Positions 39,201-51,656 of a stretch of 64,000 nucleotides of DNA are shown piece after piece. Under the pieces are notes generated by a model. That model did no database searches and was not told the origin of the DNA. It worked only from the letters and a program-made list of their open reading frames with translations. The position numbers and the translations under genes were made by a program. The first letter of the stretch is position 1, and every line of letters starts with the position of its first letter. The DNA lies in contig OZ024743.1 of the NCBI GenBank assembly GCA_964016885.1, forward strand, positions 371,132,001 to 371,196,000, written 5' to 3'. The stretch comes from Eledone cirrhosa. Lineage: Eukaryota.

Positions 39201-40969
39201 CTACGTTGGGCGAGCCCGTACGGACGGTCTGCCATGACCTTCAATTGGTGGTTCCTGTCCTGGTGGGAATCGGCCTCCGTCTCGGACGTGCGGTCCATTC
39301 TCCGCCAGGTTCAGGTGACCCCCAAAGAGGATGTCCTCATCTTCGGGTCACCGATCCACCCGCCGGCCATCCGGTCCAGACTCTCACGAGCCGACTGGGC
39401 TTGATTGATGGCCACTCAGCTCTCTTTCTGTTGAGGAACTGCTTCACCATACCGAAGCTCCTCTTTACACTCCGCAGTGCTCCGTGCTACACCCAGACAT
39501 CTCTCCTCGCTGACCTCGATACTTGTATCCGAGCAGCAGCCAAGGAGATATGCAACGTCAAGTTTGACGACATAGGGTGGCAACAGACCACTTTACCTGT
39601 CAGGTATGGTGGCCTTGGCCTCCGGTCCCCGATCTCACTAGCTTTGCCAGTGTATCTTTCATTGGTAACCTCGTGTCGCGTCCTCGTCAGCAGGGTTCTT
39701 CAAAATACAACAGAACCCTCTGTGTTCAGAGAACGTGAGGCTGCCTGTGAGACGTGGGGCCGGCTGAGACTTAGCCCAGTAGATGTCCCTCCTCCTCTCC
39801 CTGTTGACGTCAAGTCCCTCCTACGCACTTAGGATGCCATCCAGTGCAGCCTGGCCTCAGACAGGCTCACGCGCCAGCTCGTTTTCGTGCGGCCTCCAAA
39901 CGCCACAGTGGTGCCTGGCTCCATGCCCTGCCCTCCTTCTCCACTGGCACGCAGCTAGACAACCATAGCCTGCGCATCAGCGTTTCCCTGAGGCTCGGCC
40001 TCCGGATCTGCCAGCCACACCAATGTCGCTGCGGTTCCACCGTGGACTCTTCCGGCCTCCACCAGGGCTGTGGGTGGGCTCCATCGCGTACCGTTGTAGT
40101 TGTTGTAGAAGAAACAGGAAGACAACATATCTACAGGTGCTGTTGCCATCTCTATAGCTGTATTTACTGTTGTAATAGCTGTTGGTATAGCTCTACTTAC
40201 TGTTGTAATGTATATTGATGCCTTCACGTATATTACTAAATCCCTCCGCAATCTTGGTTATTTCCTAAATTATTTACAAACCATGGGTAGTGTCTTTCAT
40301 TAGAAATATGTTAATGAAAGGGTTTAGTTTGTATGAGCAATGATTGTATAAGAAAATCTATTGTTTTTGTTCATCTTTTTGTTTTCTTTAAATGTCTATC
40401 TTAGGTATGCCAACATCATCACTTGGAAGCAGCACCGGCTTTAACCTTGGAACACCTGGTTTTGGTTTTTCTTCAACAACAACAAGCACTACATCTATTA
40501 CAGGCAGCATTCCTAGCTCTCAAATAGCTTCAAAAGGTTTGGGAGGTGTTGATCCTAAAGTGTCTATTGCAACTTCAGGTAAGCAGTGTATGTCATACTA
40601 TTTGCAATAGGGATCAACCTATAAATGCATGTAAACTAGCTGTTAGGGTGTTTGTCTCAGGATCAGATGGGTTCGATTCCTGGACCAATTGGCTTGTTAT
40701 GTTCTTGAGCAAGACACTTCATTTCACATTGCCTTTCATGACTTTTATATGACTGGAGCAGGGATGGGTGGCTATTAAAACATCCCAAAACCCTATAAAA
40801 TGCAGCCTCATAGGAGGCCAGCTAAACCTATATAGGTATGAGCTGTAAATTTTCTTTCATCATCATCATCTTCATTTAATGTCCATCTTCCACGCTAGCA
40901 TGGGTTAGACAGAGCATGGGTTATATATATATAGTAATAATAAATCCAAAGAGGGCTCAATAAGGATTT

Positions 40970-41012
<43 letters not shown>

Positions 41013-44000
41013 TTTTTAATCAGATTAATATGAGGTATCAAAATTCTTTATGTATGTATGTTGTGTTTGCCTGTTTGTCATAAGACAAGATGTTGTCATA
41101 CTGCTTGCTATCTTCTGAAAATTTAAAAATTTGATTTTTATTACACACACTCTTCTATATGTGTCCGTTTTGGATTGTGTCATGAGAATGAGAGGACTGG
41201 GGGCCCTTATTAAAATACCCGAGAAACTTCTGATGAGATGCAACCTTGTGGGAGACTTTCTAAATCTATATAGGTGTAAACTAATAACATGAATTTGAGC
41301 TGCAATTTTTCATTTATTTCAACACATGAAATATATTGACAGTAATGCATTTATCATTTCTACATTTCTCTTGTGCAGATGGGACTGGACCCAATGGTAA
41401 ACAAGCGTAAGTATATCTCTATATATATTTTTTTCTCTCGGCTATTCTCTCTCGAAAATAATGTGAACAGATAAGCATGACGTTTGAAAATTAATCTGAA
41501 TACTAAAGGGTTAATGATCAAAGTATTATAACAGGTTTAGTGGAATAAATAACTTTCAATTTGACTCCTAACATCCCAAAAGGATTTAGCAGAAAATATC
41601 TAAAAACCGGTTTCTTAATTCAAATGTCAAATCATTGTGAAAATTAAAATATTAGAATAAAGACTTCAATTTTTAATGTGATGCAATCATAAAATGTTTT
41701 GTTAATGCAGTTTCATGCACTACAAGACATTAATTCCTGAAATTTAATATTATCAGTTATGTAATATTAAGATTACTGTTCAAGATTTGAATTTCAATTT
41801 GAACACTTTATTAGAGCTGGTTTAGTCAGGTTTTACTTTAAAAGTTAAACCTTCTTTCAGTTTGCATCACAACTTCCTAATTTGCTTTGTTATATTGTTT
41901 TTTAAGGAGTTCCAAAGTTTTAAAAGAAACTCAGTTACCACAACAGCTGTTAGTGTGTGTGGAGCCCCTAAAGTAAGTTTCTTATTTTTTTAATACTTCC
42001 TAAATAACTTGCTATAATTCTGACCAAATAAAAATTAGTTTGAAAAATCTGTGTGTGTTCATTTGTTCATCTTTCTCTGCCCTGAAATATGCTATTTGTT
42101 ATTTATATTTTCCCTTCTAGAAAATATATAAAATTGGAGAAAGCTATACGAGAGAATATCACTCGAATGTCTACAAAATCTATGGTAAAGGTGCAGGCAG
42201 ACTTAGCTGCATTGCGACAAATCCTTGGAAGTGTGTCCAATGGTGTACAGAGGAATGCTGTGTTGGTTGAAAAACTGAAGAAAGAGTCAGTGCAGGTATG
42301 TGGGATGATGACTTTCATTAAATTCATGATTCCTAGACCTTTTTCAAGTCTATACTCAATGCCCACTCCCTTTTCTATTATAGAAGTTTGACCCCACCAC
42401 CACCACCTCAGAAGTTTATTTCCAACGACATTCATAATCATCTTCATGTCCACTTTCCATGCTGGTATGAGTTAGATGTCATGTTATGTTATGGTCCAAG
42501 TCAGTTCTTATTCAAAATTACTGCCTTCCTAGACTGGTTGGGGGTACCAGATCTAACTGATGTATGTTCCATTTTAAAAACAAAATACTATAATTGTTAG
42601 TATGGTACCTCTAATCAGTTAAATGTAAATTAAAAGTAAAACCTGTCCAGTTAAATTGAAATAAGCAAAGTTTGTGTCTTGTGCACCAGAAGAATCCTTT
42701 CAGTCGTTACTGACCATGAGCTTGTACCTCAAAAGTTCTTGCTCCAAGACACAAGTTCTTGTTCCAAGGTGTTTCTGTGGAAGACCAGCAATTGCCCATG
42801 CATGTCACTTTACCCTCACCAGCCTTTGATGTTGTCCAAAGGAAAGGCTAAGTCCAATACAGTGTTGTTGCTATTCAGTTATGTTCCAAACTGCAGCTAA
42901 ATTATAAGAAAGTTAGTTATATTGCGAAATCCCTTCAAATTCATGGTTATTTTAAAAATTATATAAAAATCATAGCCAGTATCTTTTGTTAGGAATCTGG
43001 TAACAAAAGGGTTAAGTTGTTTATTATTTTGCCATAATATTTGTTCGTATTTTACAGGAACTGAAAAATACAGAGATGGGTCAGCGAACTGAAGATATGT
43101 CTGCTGTTCTCCAAGATGAGAATGTGGCCCCTACTGAGTAAGTTATTGATTTTCCCTAGTTTATGTTCCAGTTTATGCTGGTGCCACAATAAAATATTCC
43201 CTGTACACTCTGTAATTTTGTAGGGAATTCAGTTGTATATGCCATGCCAAGTAAGGGATTGAGAGGACTTTTCAGTCACGTCACAGATACTACTACCTCT
43301 CTAGTACTGTCACTGATAAAATGCACTCAACACACTCTACAAATAGTGTTGGGAAGGGTATCCAACTGTAGAAACTTTGTCAAAGGACCAAGAAAATTCT
43401 TAGTTTTGTCAAAGACAAATTGCTGGTGCCATGATAAAATACAATCAGTAAACTCTGTAAAGTCATGGAATGTATGTAAGTGAAATATAGCCCTTAGCCC
43501 AGCTATTTGTAGAAAGCCTGATCTCATCCAACCCATGCAAAGATGGGAAAACAGACATCTGACATAAAACCAATAATTATAATAATTGTCCATTTGCATG
43601 GACACTTTTTATTAACCATTTTGATAACAACCCAGCCAAAACTGCCTCTAGCTCTATGAAACAAAACCACCCATTTTAAAGGGTTAAGTTACTATCTTAG
43701 GAACAAAATAATTGATAATTTTAGTAAATCCCTTAAAGTTCTTCATTAATTGAAATAGGATGTATTCCATTAGAAATACAGTTATGGAAATGTGTATGTG
43801 AAAAAAAAATCAATAAAGTGGCTTTGTCTTTTTTCTTTGGTTCCAGATATTTTCAGCGTCTCTTTGAGGATTTTGAAATTCAAATGAAAGCCTACAAAGG
43901 TGAAATTCAGAACCTGGAGAGTCACATCCTCTCCCTACATCAACCAAGTAGATTAACTCCTGAAGGTTAATTTCTTATCTTACTTTTTATCTTTTGTTTC

Positions 44001-47000
44001 TTCCTTACCAACTTTTTCTTAGTCTATTTTTATTTCTCATAGTTATAAATATCACTAAGTAGTTCTCATTCGTTTAGATTAATCCCTTTGTTATCAGATT
44101 TTTAATGAAAGAAAGACACTGACTATGATTTTTAAATTGTCACAGATCCTCTGCAATCAAGGCCATTTACACACAACCATCACACAATCTGTAGCCAGCA
44201 GGATAGTAGTTCCATGAACTTTTTTTAACTAGTCCTCACTCTGGCTACTATACTTTCAAAACACCCACCCCCATTAATGGGAAAGTTATCCCTCTAAATT
44301 CTCAATAATTTTCAGTTATTTTAAAATCATGTGTGTCTTTTTTAGAAATATGCACTTGTATATTATAGACATATCATGCTACAGTATTAGCATATTACAG
44401 ACATATTACACTAAGTACATAGGTATTATAGATGTATTAGACCATTAATCTCAATTTTTTTTTTTTTTTTCCCCAATAATATGGATTTTTAAAAACAAAT
44501 ATCATTGTCCTTCTTCCCTTATAATGCCACCATTTGATGTCAAATTTTGTTTCAGAATTAACCATGTTACTCCACAAATCACATGAAAATTTCCTTGCAC
44601 TTGCAGCCCACTTCCATCAAGTTCATGAATCTGTAAAAGTAAGTAATATTTGTTTGATTAATAATCTCTATTACATGTATAACGTAGGTGTGTCCACTCT
44701 CACAACCTCTTCCTAGGTTATTCTTGGTCATCCTCTATTGCAGCTTCCTTCAACTGGGATTTCCTGACATTTCTTCACCCATTAGTCATTGTCCATGCGC
44801 ATCACATGCCCATACCAACGCAGTCTTCTCTCTTGCACATCTCGGATTCCCCTTAAGCCCAGCTTCTCTCTCATATTTACATTGCACATCCAACGAAACA
44901 TAGTTGCTTCATTTCTCTCCAGTCTATGCATGTCCTCTTCAGTCACAGCACATGTTTCACTACCATGCAGCATCGCACACAGGTGTTATACAGTCTTCCT
45001 TTTGTATTTTCAGTATTATTGTTAATATTATTATTACATTCAGAAACACATGCACACTCACACATTTTTCCACTTTTGCTAGGGTCAATGAAATATGTCC
45101 CAGTAGTGTGCTAGGGTTGATGAAATAAGTACCAGTAATGTGCTAGAGTCTATTTAATTGACTTTCCCTTTTCCCTTCAAATTGCTGGCCTTGTGCCAAA
45201 TATAAACAATTATTATTATATAGGTGAGTGATTCTCAGACAGAGCCATTTGGCTACCATGGGAAGAATCCAGATTGGGAAAAATTTGTGTATATTGTGTA
45301 TAAATCAAATGAAATACCAATATACTCAACTAGAAAGGGGATTATGTATATATGTATACTCCCATAACTCCTGGTAGAGTTGTAGGAGTAACTGTAGTGA
45401 CATACAGCATTTCTTGAGCATTTTAAATCTGGCAGAGCCCATCCCTTTCCAAGGATCATAGATTAACAATTCACAAAAAGCTATTGCTTTAGGCTTAATT
45501 CCATTTGGAACAATACAATTCTTTAGGTTTGAATAGCTTGCTCATGTGAAAAATTGCTAGTTGATAATTTAAAATAGGGTAAGTATTGAAGAACCCTGGG
45601 GTTGCTTGGGAAGGAATGTGATCTACTCTAGTCCAAGGAAGAGAGGCAGTGCTCGTATCATTTTCAGATCCTCTCAAAATGATGAGGTCAATGCAAAATA
45701 TTCCCATATTGAACATCTATAGGTCAGTATCTGTAAAAGAAATATAGATAAAGATGTGTTCCAAAAAGTTATAATTCTGAAGAAGGATTAACAAAAGTAT
45801 TAAAGAGTAACATACATTAGGGATGATTTGTGGGTTTAAGCTAAGTTGTGAAAGTGTGTTAATCAGTCAAGTTTTTTGTTATATTTTTGTTAGATACTGT
45901 TGAAAATGTTTGTATGGGTGTGTGTGTCAATTCGTGATCTGTTCAATTTCATCTAGTCACTACTTGACCTTTCTAACAAAATACACCGTTTTTCAATTAA
46001 TTAATGAAATTTTTTGAGCCAATTTTTAGTAGATTGTTATCAAAAGGGTTAACATTTTTTTTTCTCCATTTGTAGACTTTAAAAGAGAAATACCTGAATT
46101 ATCGACGTATCTTCCTTGGAGACACAAAAGATGTGTTTGAAAGCAAACGAAAATTAACAAAACGTTCAGAGATACCTAGCATTGAATCTCAACAAGGACC
46201 CAACCCCTTTGCAGGTGTCCCCAGCACCACTGCCATTGCTCTTGCTGCTGCTCTCAGTCGTAACCAACAAGCTTCTTGTAAGAATCACTACACTCTACCA
46301 CTTTCCTTTCATTCCTATATTTCTAATAAAAAACACTGCAGATGATGTTCAAATCATTTTGAAAATTATCAAGTATATAACTGCCACAATTAAGCCTTTA
46401 TTTAGAGAACAACCTATCAAAGGTTCTAACATAAAATATAATTGTTTCTACTTTAGGCACAAGGCCAGCAATGACCTAGTGCATTACTGGTACTTTATTT
46501 TATCGACCCCGTAAGGATGAAAGGCAAAGTCAACCTCGGCAGGATTTGAACTCAGATCGTAAAGGGACGTAACTATGCTGGAAAGCATGGCGTCCGACCC
46601 TCTACCGATACTGCCAATCCACCATAAAATTATAATTGTTTCTACTTTAGGCACAAGGCCAGAAAATTACCCAGTGCATTACTGGTACTTTATTTTATCG
46701 ACCCCGTAAGGATGAAAGGCAAAGTCAACCTCGGCGGGATTTGAACTCAGATCGTAAAGGGACGTAACTATGCTGGAAAGCATGGCGTCCGACCTTCTAC
46801 CGATACTGCCAATATAATGGAAGGTTTTTAGATAATGTAAATACTTTGAAATATACTATTTTGTAGCATAGGAACAGGCAGTTTTTGGTATGTTGGTAGT
46901 GTTTTCTTCTGATTATGAGATATCTTGTCTTAAAACAAAATTACTCCTTTGTAAAGAAATATTGTACCTTTCTTTATATTCATCATTATCATTTTACACT

Positions 47001-48568
47001 CACTTTCCATGGGTTGGACAGGTTGTTTTAGCTCTCCTAGATAGGTCAAGAGGATTATGTATAATTTACATATGTTCCAATTTTTGGTATGGCTATTATA
47101 GCTAAATGCCCTTCCTAATGCCAACTATTCTACAGAGTGTACTAAGTGCATTCTATTGTGGCACCAACATTAGAGAGGTTTTCTCATCTTTGTCAATGTC
47201 AAAGCATCCTCTCTACGCTATGTTGTCTCCATCCAATCACTCAAATTAGTGTGTACTAGGGGCATTTTATCATAGCACCAGCCCTAAAACCTTGTGCCCT
47301 ACAAGACTAAAGAATTGTCTGTATTCTATTGTTTTATATATCTAATTGTCATGGAAATTTCTCATATTAACCACGTTATGTCTTTTATCGTTACTACTAC
47401 CACCTCTGCGCCTCAGAGGTGCATCTTCCCCTCCTCTTGTCACTCATTGTCTCCCTTTCTAGGTCTTGCATGAACAACTATGCCCAAGCCTTCCACCCCA
47501 TGATGTCAACCTTCTGGAATTTTCTTCCTGCCCATATGTTTGTTTTGTGTGTTTTTTAATGCATATATGTATGTTTATATAAATATATATCATCATCATC
47601 ATTTATTTTACAGCAGTTTTTTTTTTTTTTTTTTTCCATGCTTGTATGGATTGAAAGAGGCTTTTTCAGGTAGTATTTTATGGTTGGATACCCTTTCTAG
47701 AGCCAAATCTTCTAGTCACATTTTGAGACACACAGGGATATGGTACACCTATTCTAAAATCCAAGATACATGCAATTAGTTGATGATTGAACTGAGACAA
47801 CATATAGTAGAGAGAGCTCTTTAGTTTTGTTCAGAACATGACCTCCCTAGTTTTGGTGCCATGAAAATGTATACAATACACTCTGTAAAATGTATGGTAT
47901 TACGAAGAGTGTCGAGCTGTAGAAACCACACCAAAATTCGGAACATACAAGCATCACATGGTCTGCGACCCTCAAGGAGGGTTGTAGCTCAATAAGAACA
48001 GACTCTAACAACCAGTCCAACCCATGCCAGCATGAAAAGCAGGTGAAAATGATGATTTATGCATTCACTAGAGTTCTTCACAAGCTATTTGAGCACAGTT
48101 TCACTACAGCAGTGCTGTATATTAGTGGTTACAGTGTTGGACACAAACATAAAATAAAGGGATCAATTCCTGGACTGAGCAGCACATTGTATTTTTGAGC
48201 AAGATACTTCATTTCATGTTGGTTTTTATGATAAAACTAGGGCCCCTATCATTAAAACATGCAAGCAACCTCCTATGAAATACAACCTTCCTGGGGGCCA
48301 GCTAAACCAGCATAAGTGTGAGTGTAAAAAAAAAATATTTGTTATGGGTTGTCTTTTAATTTTTGTCACTAAAATATATCTTTTAATAATTTTTTCCCAG
48401 CTGGACCCCCTAATATTGGTCTAGGTACAAACACTCTTGGTCAACAGAGGTATTTTGGTTCCACATTCAATAATCAGGGTAGCTTGTTTGGAAATCCAGG
48501 CACTGGGACTACATTTACACCAAATATGAATAATACAAGTCTATTTGGAAACACTGCTGCCAAACCAG
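36136..48568 (+). CDS. NUP58: Nucleoporin p58/p45 (Nup58/NUPL1), partial multi-exon gene (10 exons seen)
   Basis: Exons 36136-36219, 40405-40578, 41379-41406, 41907-41972, 42121-42295, 43058-43137, 43847-43965, 44556-44638, 46076-46277 and 48401-48568 splice in frame with GT-AG. The peptide is collinear with recalled vertebrate Nup58 ([64 protein letters not shown]) and has FG-rich flanks. Confidence 0.93.
36236..36995 (-). mobile_element. RTE LINE 3' fragment in Nup58 intron
   Basis: ORFs 36625-36894 and 36806-37036 (MLRWMC, WYGHV); RTE 3' UTR. Confidence 0.82.
37010..37570 (+). mobile_element. RTE-clade 3' fragment (third family; homolog at 48775-49200)
   Basis: [28 protein letters not shown]. 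Confidence 0.75.
37840..40065 (+). mobile_element. CRE-clade non-LTR retrotransposon relic in Nup58 intron
   Basis: PHD-like [94 protein letters not shown] and LRLGL..CRCG. Confidence 0.82.
40405..40578 (+). CDS. NUP58: Nup58 exon
   Basis: ttag|[22 protein letters not shown]...[15 protein letters not shown]|gtaagc. Confidence 0.9.
41379..41406 (+). CDS. NUP58: Nup58 28-nt micro-exon
   Basis: gtgcag|[10 protein letters not shown]|gtaagt; converts phase 1 to phase 2 as the next exon requires. Confidence 0.8.
41907..41972 (+). CDS. NUP58: Nup58 exon
   Basis: ttaag|[22 protein letters not shown]|gtaagt. Confidence 0.88.
42121..42295 (+). CDS. NUP58: Nup58 exon (coiled coil)
   Basis: ctag|[28 protein letters not shown]...KLKKESVQ|gtatgt. 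Confidence 0.93.
43058..43137 (+). CDS. NUP58: Nup58 exon
   Basis: tacag|[27 protein letters not shown]|gtaagt. Confidence 0.92.
43847..43965 (+). CDS. NUP58: Nup58 exon
   Basis: tccag|[27 protein letters not shown]...LTPE|gttaat. Confidence 0.92.
44556..44638 (+). CDS. NUP58: Nup58 exon
   Basis: ttcag|[28 protein letters not shown]|gtaagt. Confidence 0.92.
44700..44980 (-). mobile_element. Short RTE fragment
   Basis: ORF 44782-44973 [17 protein letters not shown]. Confidence 0.75.
46076..46277 (+). CDS. NUP58: Nup58 exon
   Basis: tgtag|[22 protein letters not shown]...[15 protein letters not shown]|gtaaga. Confidence 0.93.
46437..46813 (-). mobile_element. Tandem dimer of a tRNA-derived SINE (~190-bp unit)
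   Basis: 46437-46618 is repeated at 46631-46813. The minus strand has A-box TGGCAGTATCGG, B-box GAGTTCAAATCC and a GTTGACTTTGCCTTTCATCC..GGGGTCGATAAAAT central domain. Confidence 0.8.
48401..48568 (+). CDS. NUP58: Nup58 exon (C-terminal FG region)
   Basis: cccag|SGPPNIGLG...[23 protein letters not shown]|gtatgt, phase 1/1. Confidence 0.85.
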
Positions 48569-51500
48569 GTATGTATTTTATCTAATATATCTGTCATCAA
48601 AAGTAGAAATTATTTGTGTGTGGTTGAAGTGTTGTGTTTCTGCTGTTTTTTTTTTTATTGAAATTTTGAATTGATAAAACAGACAAGCTATTCATGAAAG
48701 GAGAAATTGAATGGAAACATCATATTTTTTATCAATTTAAATTCAAATTTATGTTTTGATGTTTTTGCAATTCATGCCAACCCTTACCTATGGTTATGAA
48801 TCTTGAGTAACGACCAAAAGAATATGATCACAGTTAAAATGGGCTTTCTCTGAAGGTTCTTTGGAGTAACATTACTCGATAGAGGTTGTAACTTGGAGTT
48901 CAGAAAGTCACTCCAGGTAGATCTGCTTCTTCTCCAAATTGAGAGATTACAGCTCCAATATTATGGACATGTGGTTAAAATGTCTCAAGAAAAAAACGGT
49001 GGACAGATTTTATGGCAGGTGACCCCAGGAAAAGATCCTGTGTAGGGTGGTTGGATAACATCAATGAGCTTGACTAGTCTTACTTGGAAATACAGCTGGA
49101 TCAATTGTAGATGGCTACTTCTGACAGGAACCGCTGGAAGGAGTCTTTGAGAACTCTACCCTCACAACCCTCTCAGGAATAAGTGGGCGAAGAAGACAAT
49201 GAAAACACTTGTTTTATGAATTTGAAAATTCAAGCAGAAAACAAAAACATTAAGAATTGATCAAAATCCTATGTGTCCATGGTGTTACTTTTGTTTATAA
49301 GTTAACGAAATTTTTAGAATAGGTTTGTCATATCCCTACATGATGTGAATAAAAAAGGATAGTGTCTAAAACGGTGTCCTGCCATAAATCACTGCCTCAG
49401 AAAGTTCCATCCAACCCATACCAACATGGAAAAGCAAATTTTAAAATGATGAACCTAGGCAGTAATTTTGATTCACTTAATCACAGAGTGCACCACAGTT
49501 TAACAAGTAGTCAGTGCTATGACTTTATGCCTAAGTGAGTCAAATAAATGGGGAATTAAACAGGGAATCAGATGTAGTATGCAAGAGAGAAGATTGTACT
49601 GGTATTGACTCATGACCTATATATGGATGATTGGGTGAAGAAGTGCCAAGAAATCCCATTGGAAGGAAGCTGCAGAAGATAAAAACCAAGGAAAACCTTG
49701 GCAAAAATGGTGGAGCTGATCTCAAAACTCAGCCTTAAAGTGGAGGGAAGCTGTGATTGAGAAGACCCATTCAACCCATGCAAGTATGGAAAATAGAACA
49801 TAAAATGATGAAGAAGAATGGACATCAGATATACCACATAAGAAAATAGGGAATATTTTGCAGGACATCTAGGTATTTCATTGCCTGTTCACCCCATCAG
49901 CTGTTGCTGAACTAGACACACATCGTCATCATCATTTTATGTCCACTTTTCCATGCTTGCAATTGCTGGCATCACAAGTGGTTGGTATATAAATTGACCA
50001 GGAATTAGACATAAGAATGAAGTGATCACTTTATTTAGCACTGAGAAATAATGACTGTCTTAGAAAGTTAGTAAAACATATCTTCAGATTGCTCTGCTGG
50101 GAATATATAATAAGTTGGGACACTTAAATACATGCTCTATGTGTGTATGATTAAGCTTTGGAGAAGCTAGCAATGAATGGAGAGTATATTTGGGAGACAA
50201 ATCCAGAGAACAAATACTAACAGTCATTTTATTTCCTTTTATCTCTGTTGTATTTGTGTGCATTTATGTGTTGTTGTATAATTCAGGTTGAACCTAATTA
50301 TGCAGACCTATGACCAAAAGCATTTAAATTCATAACTAGCCTTCATTTTACATGTAGTTTATATCATTAGACTACCATTATCCAGTGTGTCCAGTGGCTA
50401 GATGTTTCCACCTGGTCACTTCACTACCATATGCACACAAAGATGATTAGTATTAGCCCTATAAATACGCTTAGAGTTTATCATGTGAGAACTATTCATA
50501 TTTTGGCATGGTTTTACTGACTGGATGCCTTTTCCATCATAAACAGTGTGAAGTGCATTTTATCGTTCCATTAGCACTAAAGAGATTGTTTTTCATGACT
50601 AAAGTATCCCAGCGTAGACTGGGTGCATTATATCATGCCCCAGTTTGCCACACTAAAGTGTCTCAATACTGCATTATTATTTTCAATTCCGAGTTATTGT
50701 TCTAGAAGGGTTGCCTTTGCTACAGTCTGTCTCCTCCATACAGCTTTTATATGGTGTTACTAGTGAGAAACAAATGGAGTATGCTTCATTGGGTATGTAA
50801 TGTTAACTTGCATGAACAATGAAGCACTGTAGTAGGTAAAAAGATTAGGTATAGACATTTGCATATGGATGATCACTTGAGTGAAGAAGAGGAAGGCCAA
50901 AGGGAATGTCGACAGAAGTGGTAAGAAGATAACCTCAGGATGCTGAACCTCACACAGGAAACAGAAAAGTGGGAAAAAAAGTTGTACTGGAGAGAATTCT
51001 TATAACCCGTGTAACCATGGAAAAAAAACATGTGAAAATGATGATGGGGGTTACAATATTTTGTAGGTTGGGCAACCACATAGAAGCTGCCTCATGGTTT
51101 TACTCTGGCCCTAAGTCAACCTTGATCAAACAGTTTCAGCCAAGACGAACACTACATTGTCCAATGCATATTTTTGTATTCTTTTTAAAGACACTATATC
51201 TGTAGAGTGATCAGTGTATTGAATGACATTCAGTTGTATTTGAAAAAAGAATGTAACGATTCACTGATCTAATTTTGTTTAACTTTTTCATGACCATATT
51301 TCTAATGATTTGCACAATATTTGAATTAATCAAGAATTTGGATGGAATTATGAAATATATTATTTCATTTTCAAGATGAGACATGACTTAATCTAAGGTT
51401 CTTATATCAAATTAACTTAGACGATTTTAACCCATTCAAATGGCCAGATCTGGCTGAAATTATATCCCCTTTATTTGTTCAAACCGGCCCAATCTGCCTG

Positions 51501-51656
51501 CAGACACCCACACTAAGATATCGTTCTAAAAGTAAACAATAACGTCATCAAAATCTTATCGATATTAGATTACTGCAAGATAAGGCCTTTACCGTAAAAT
51601 ACAACACTTAATATAGTGAAACTTGAAACAATGTGTGTCTTTTTTAACGGAAGTAC

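Noticed and set aside
41229-41260. CTGATGA motif in a Nup58 intron
   Set aside because: No stem II followed by GAAA; expected by chance.
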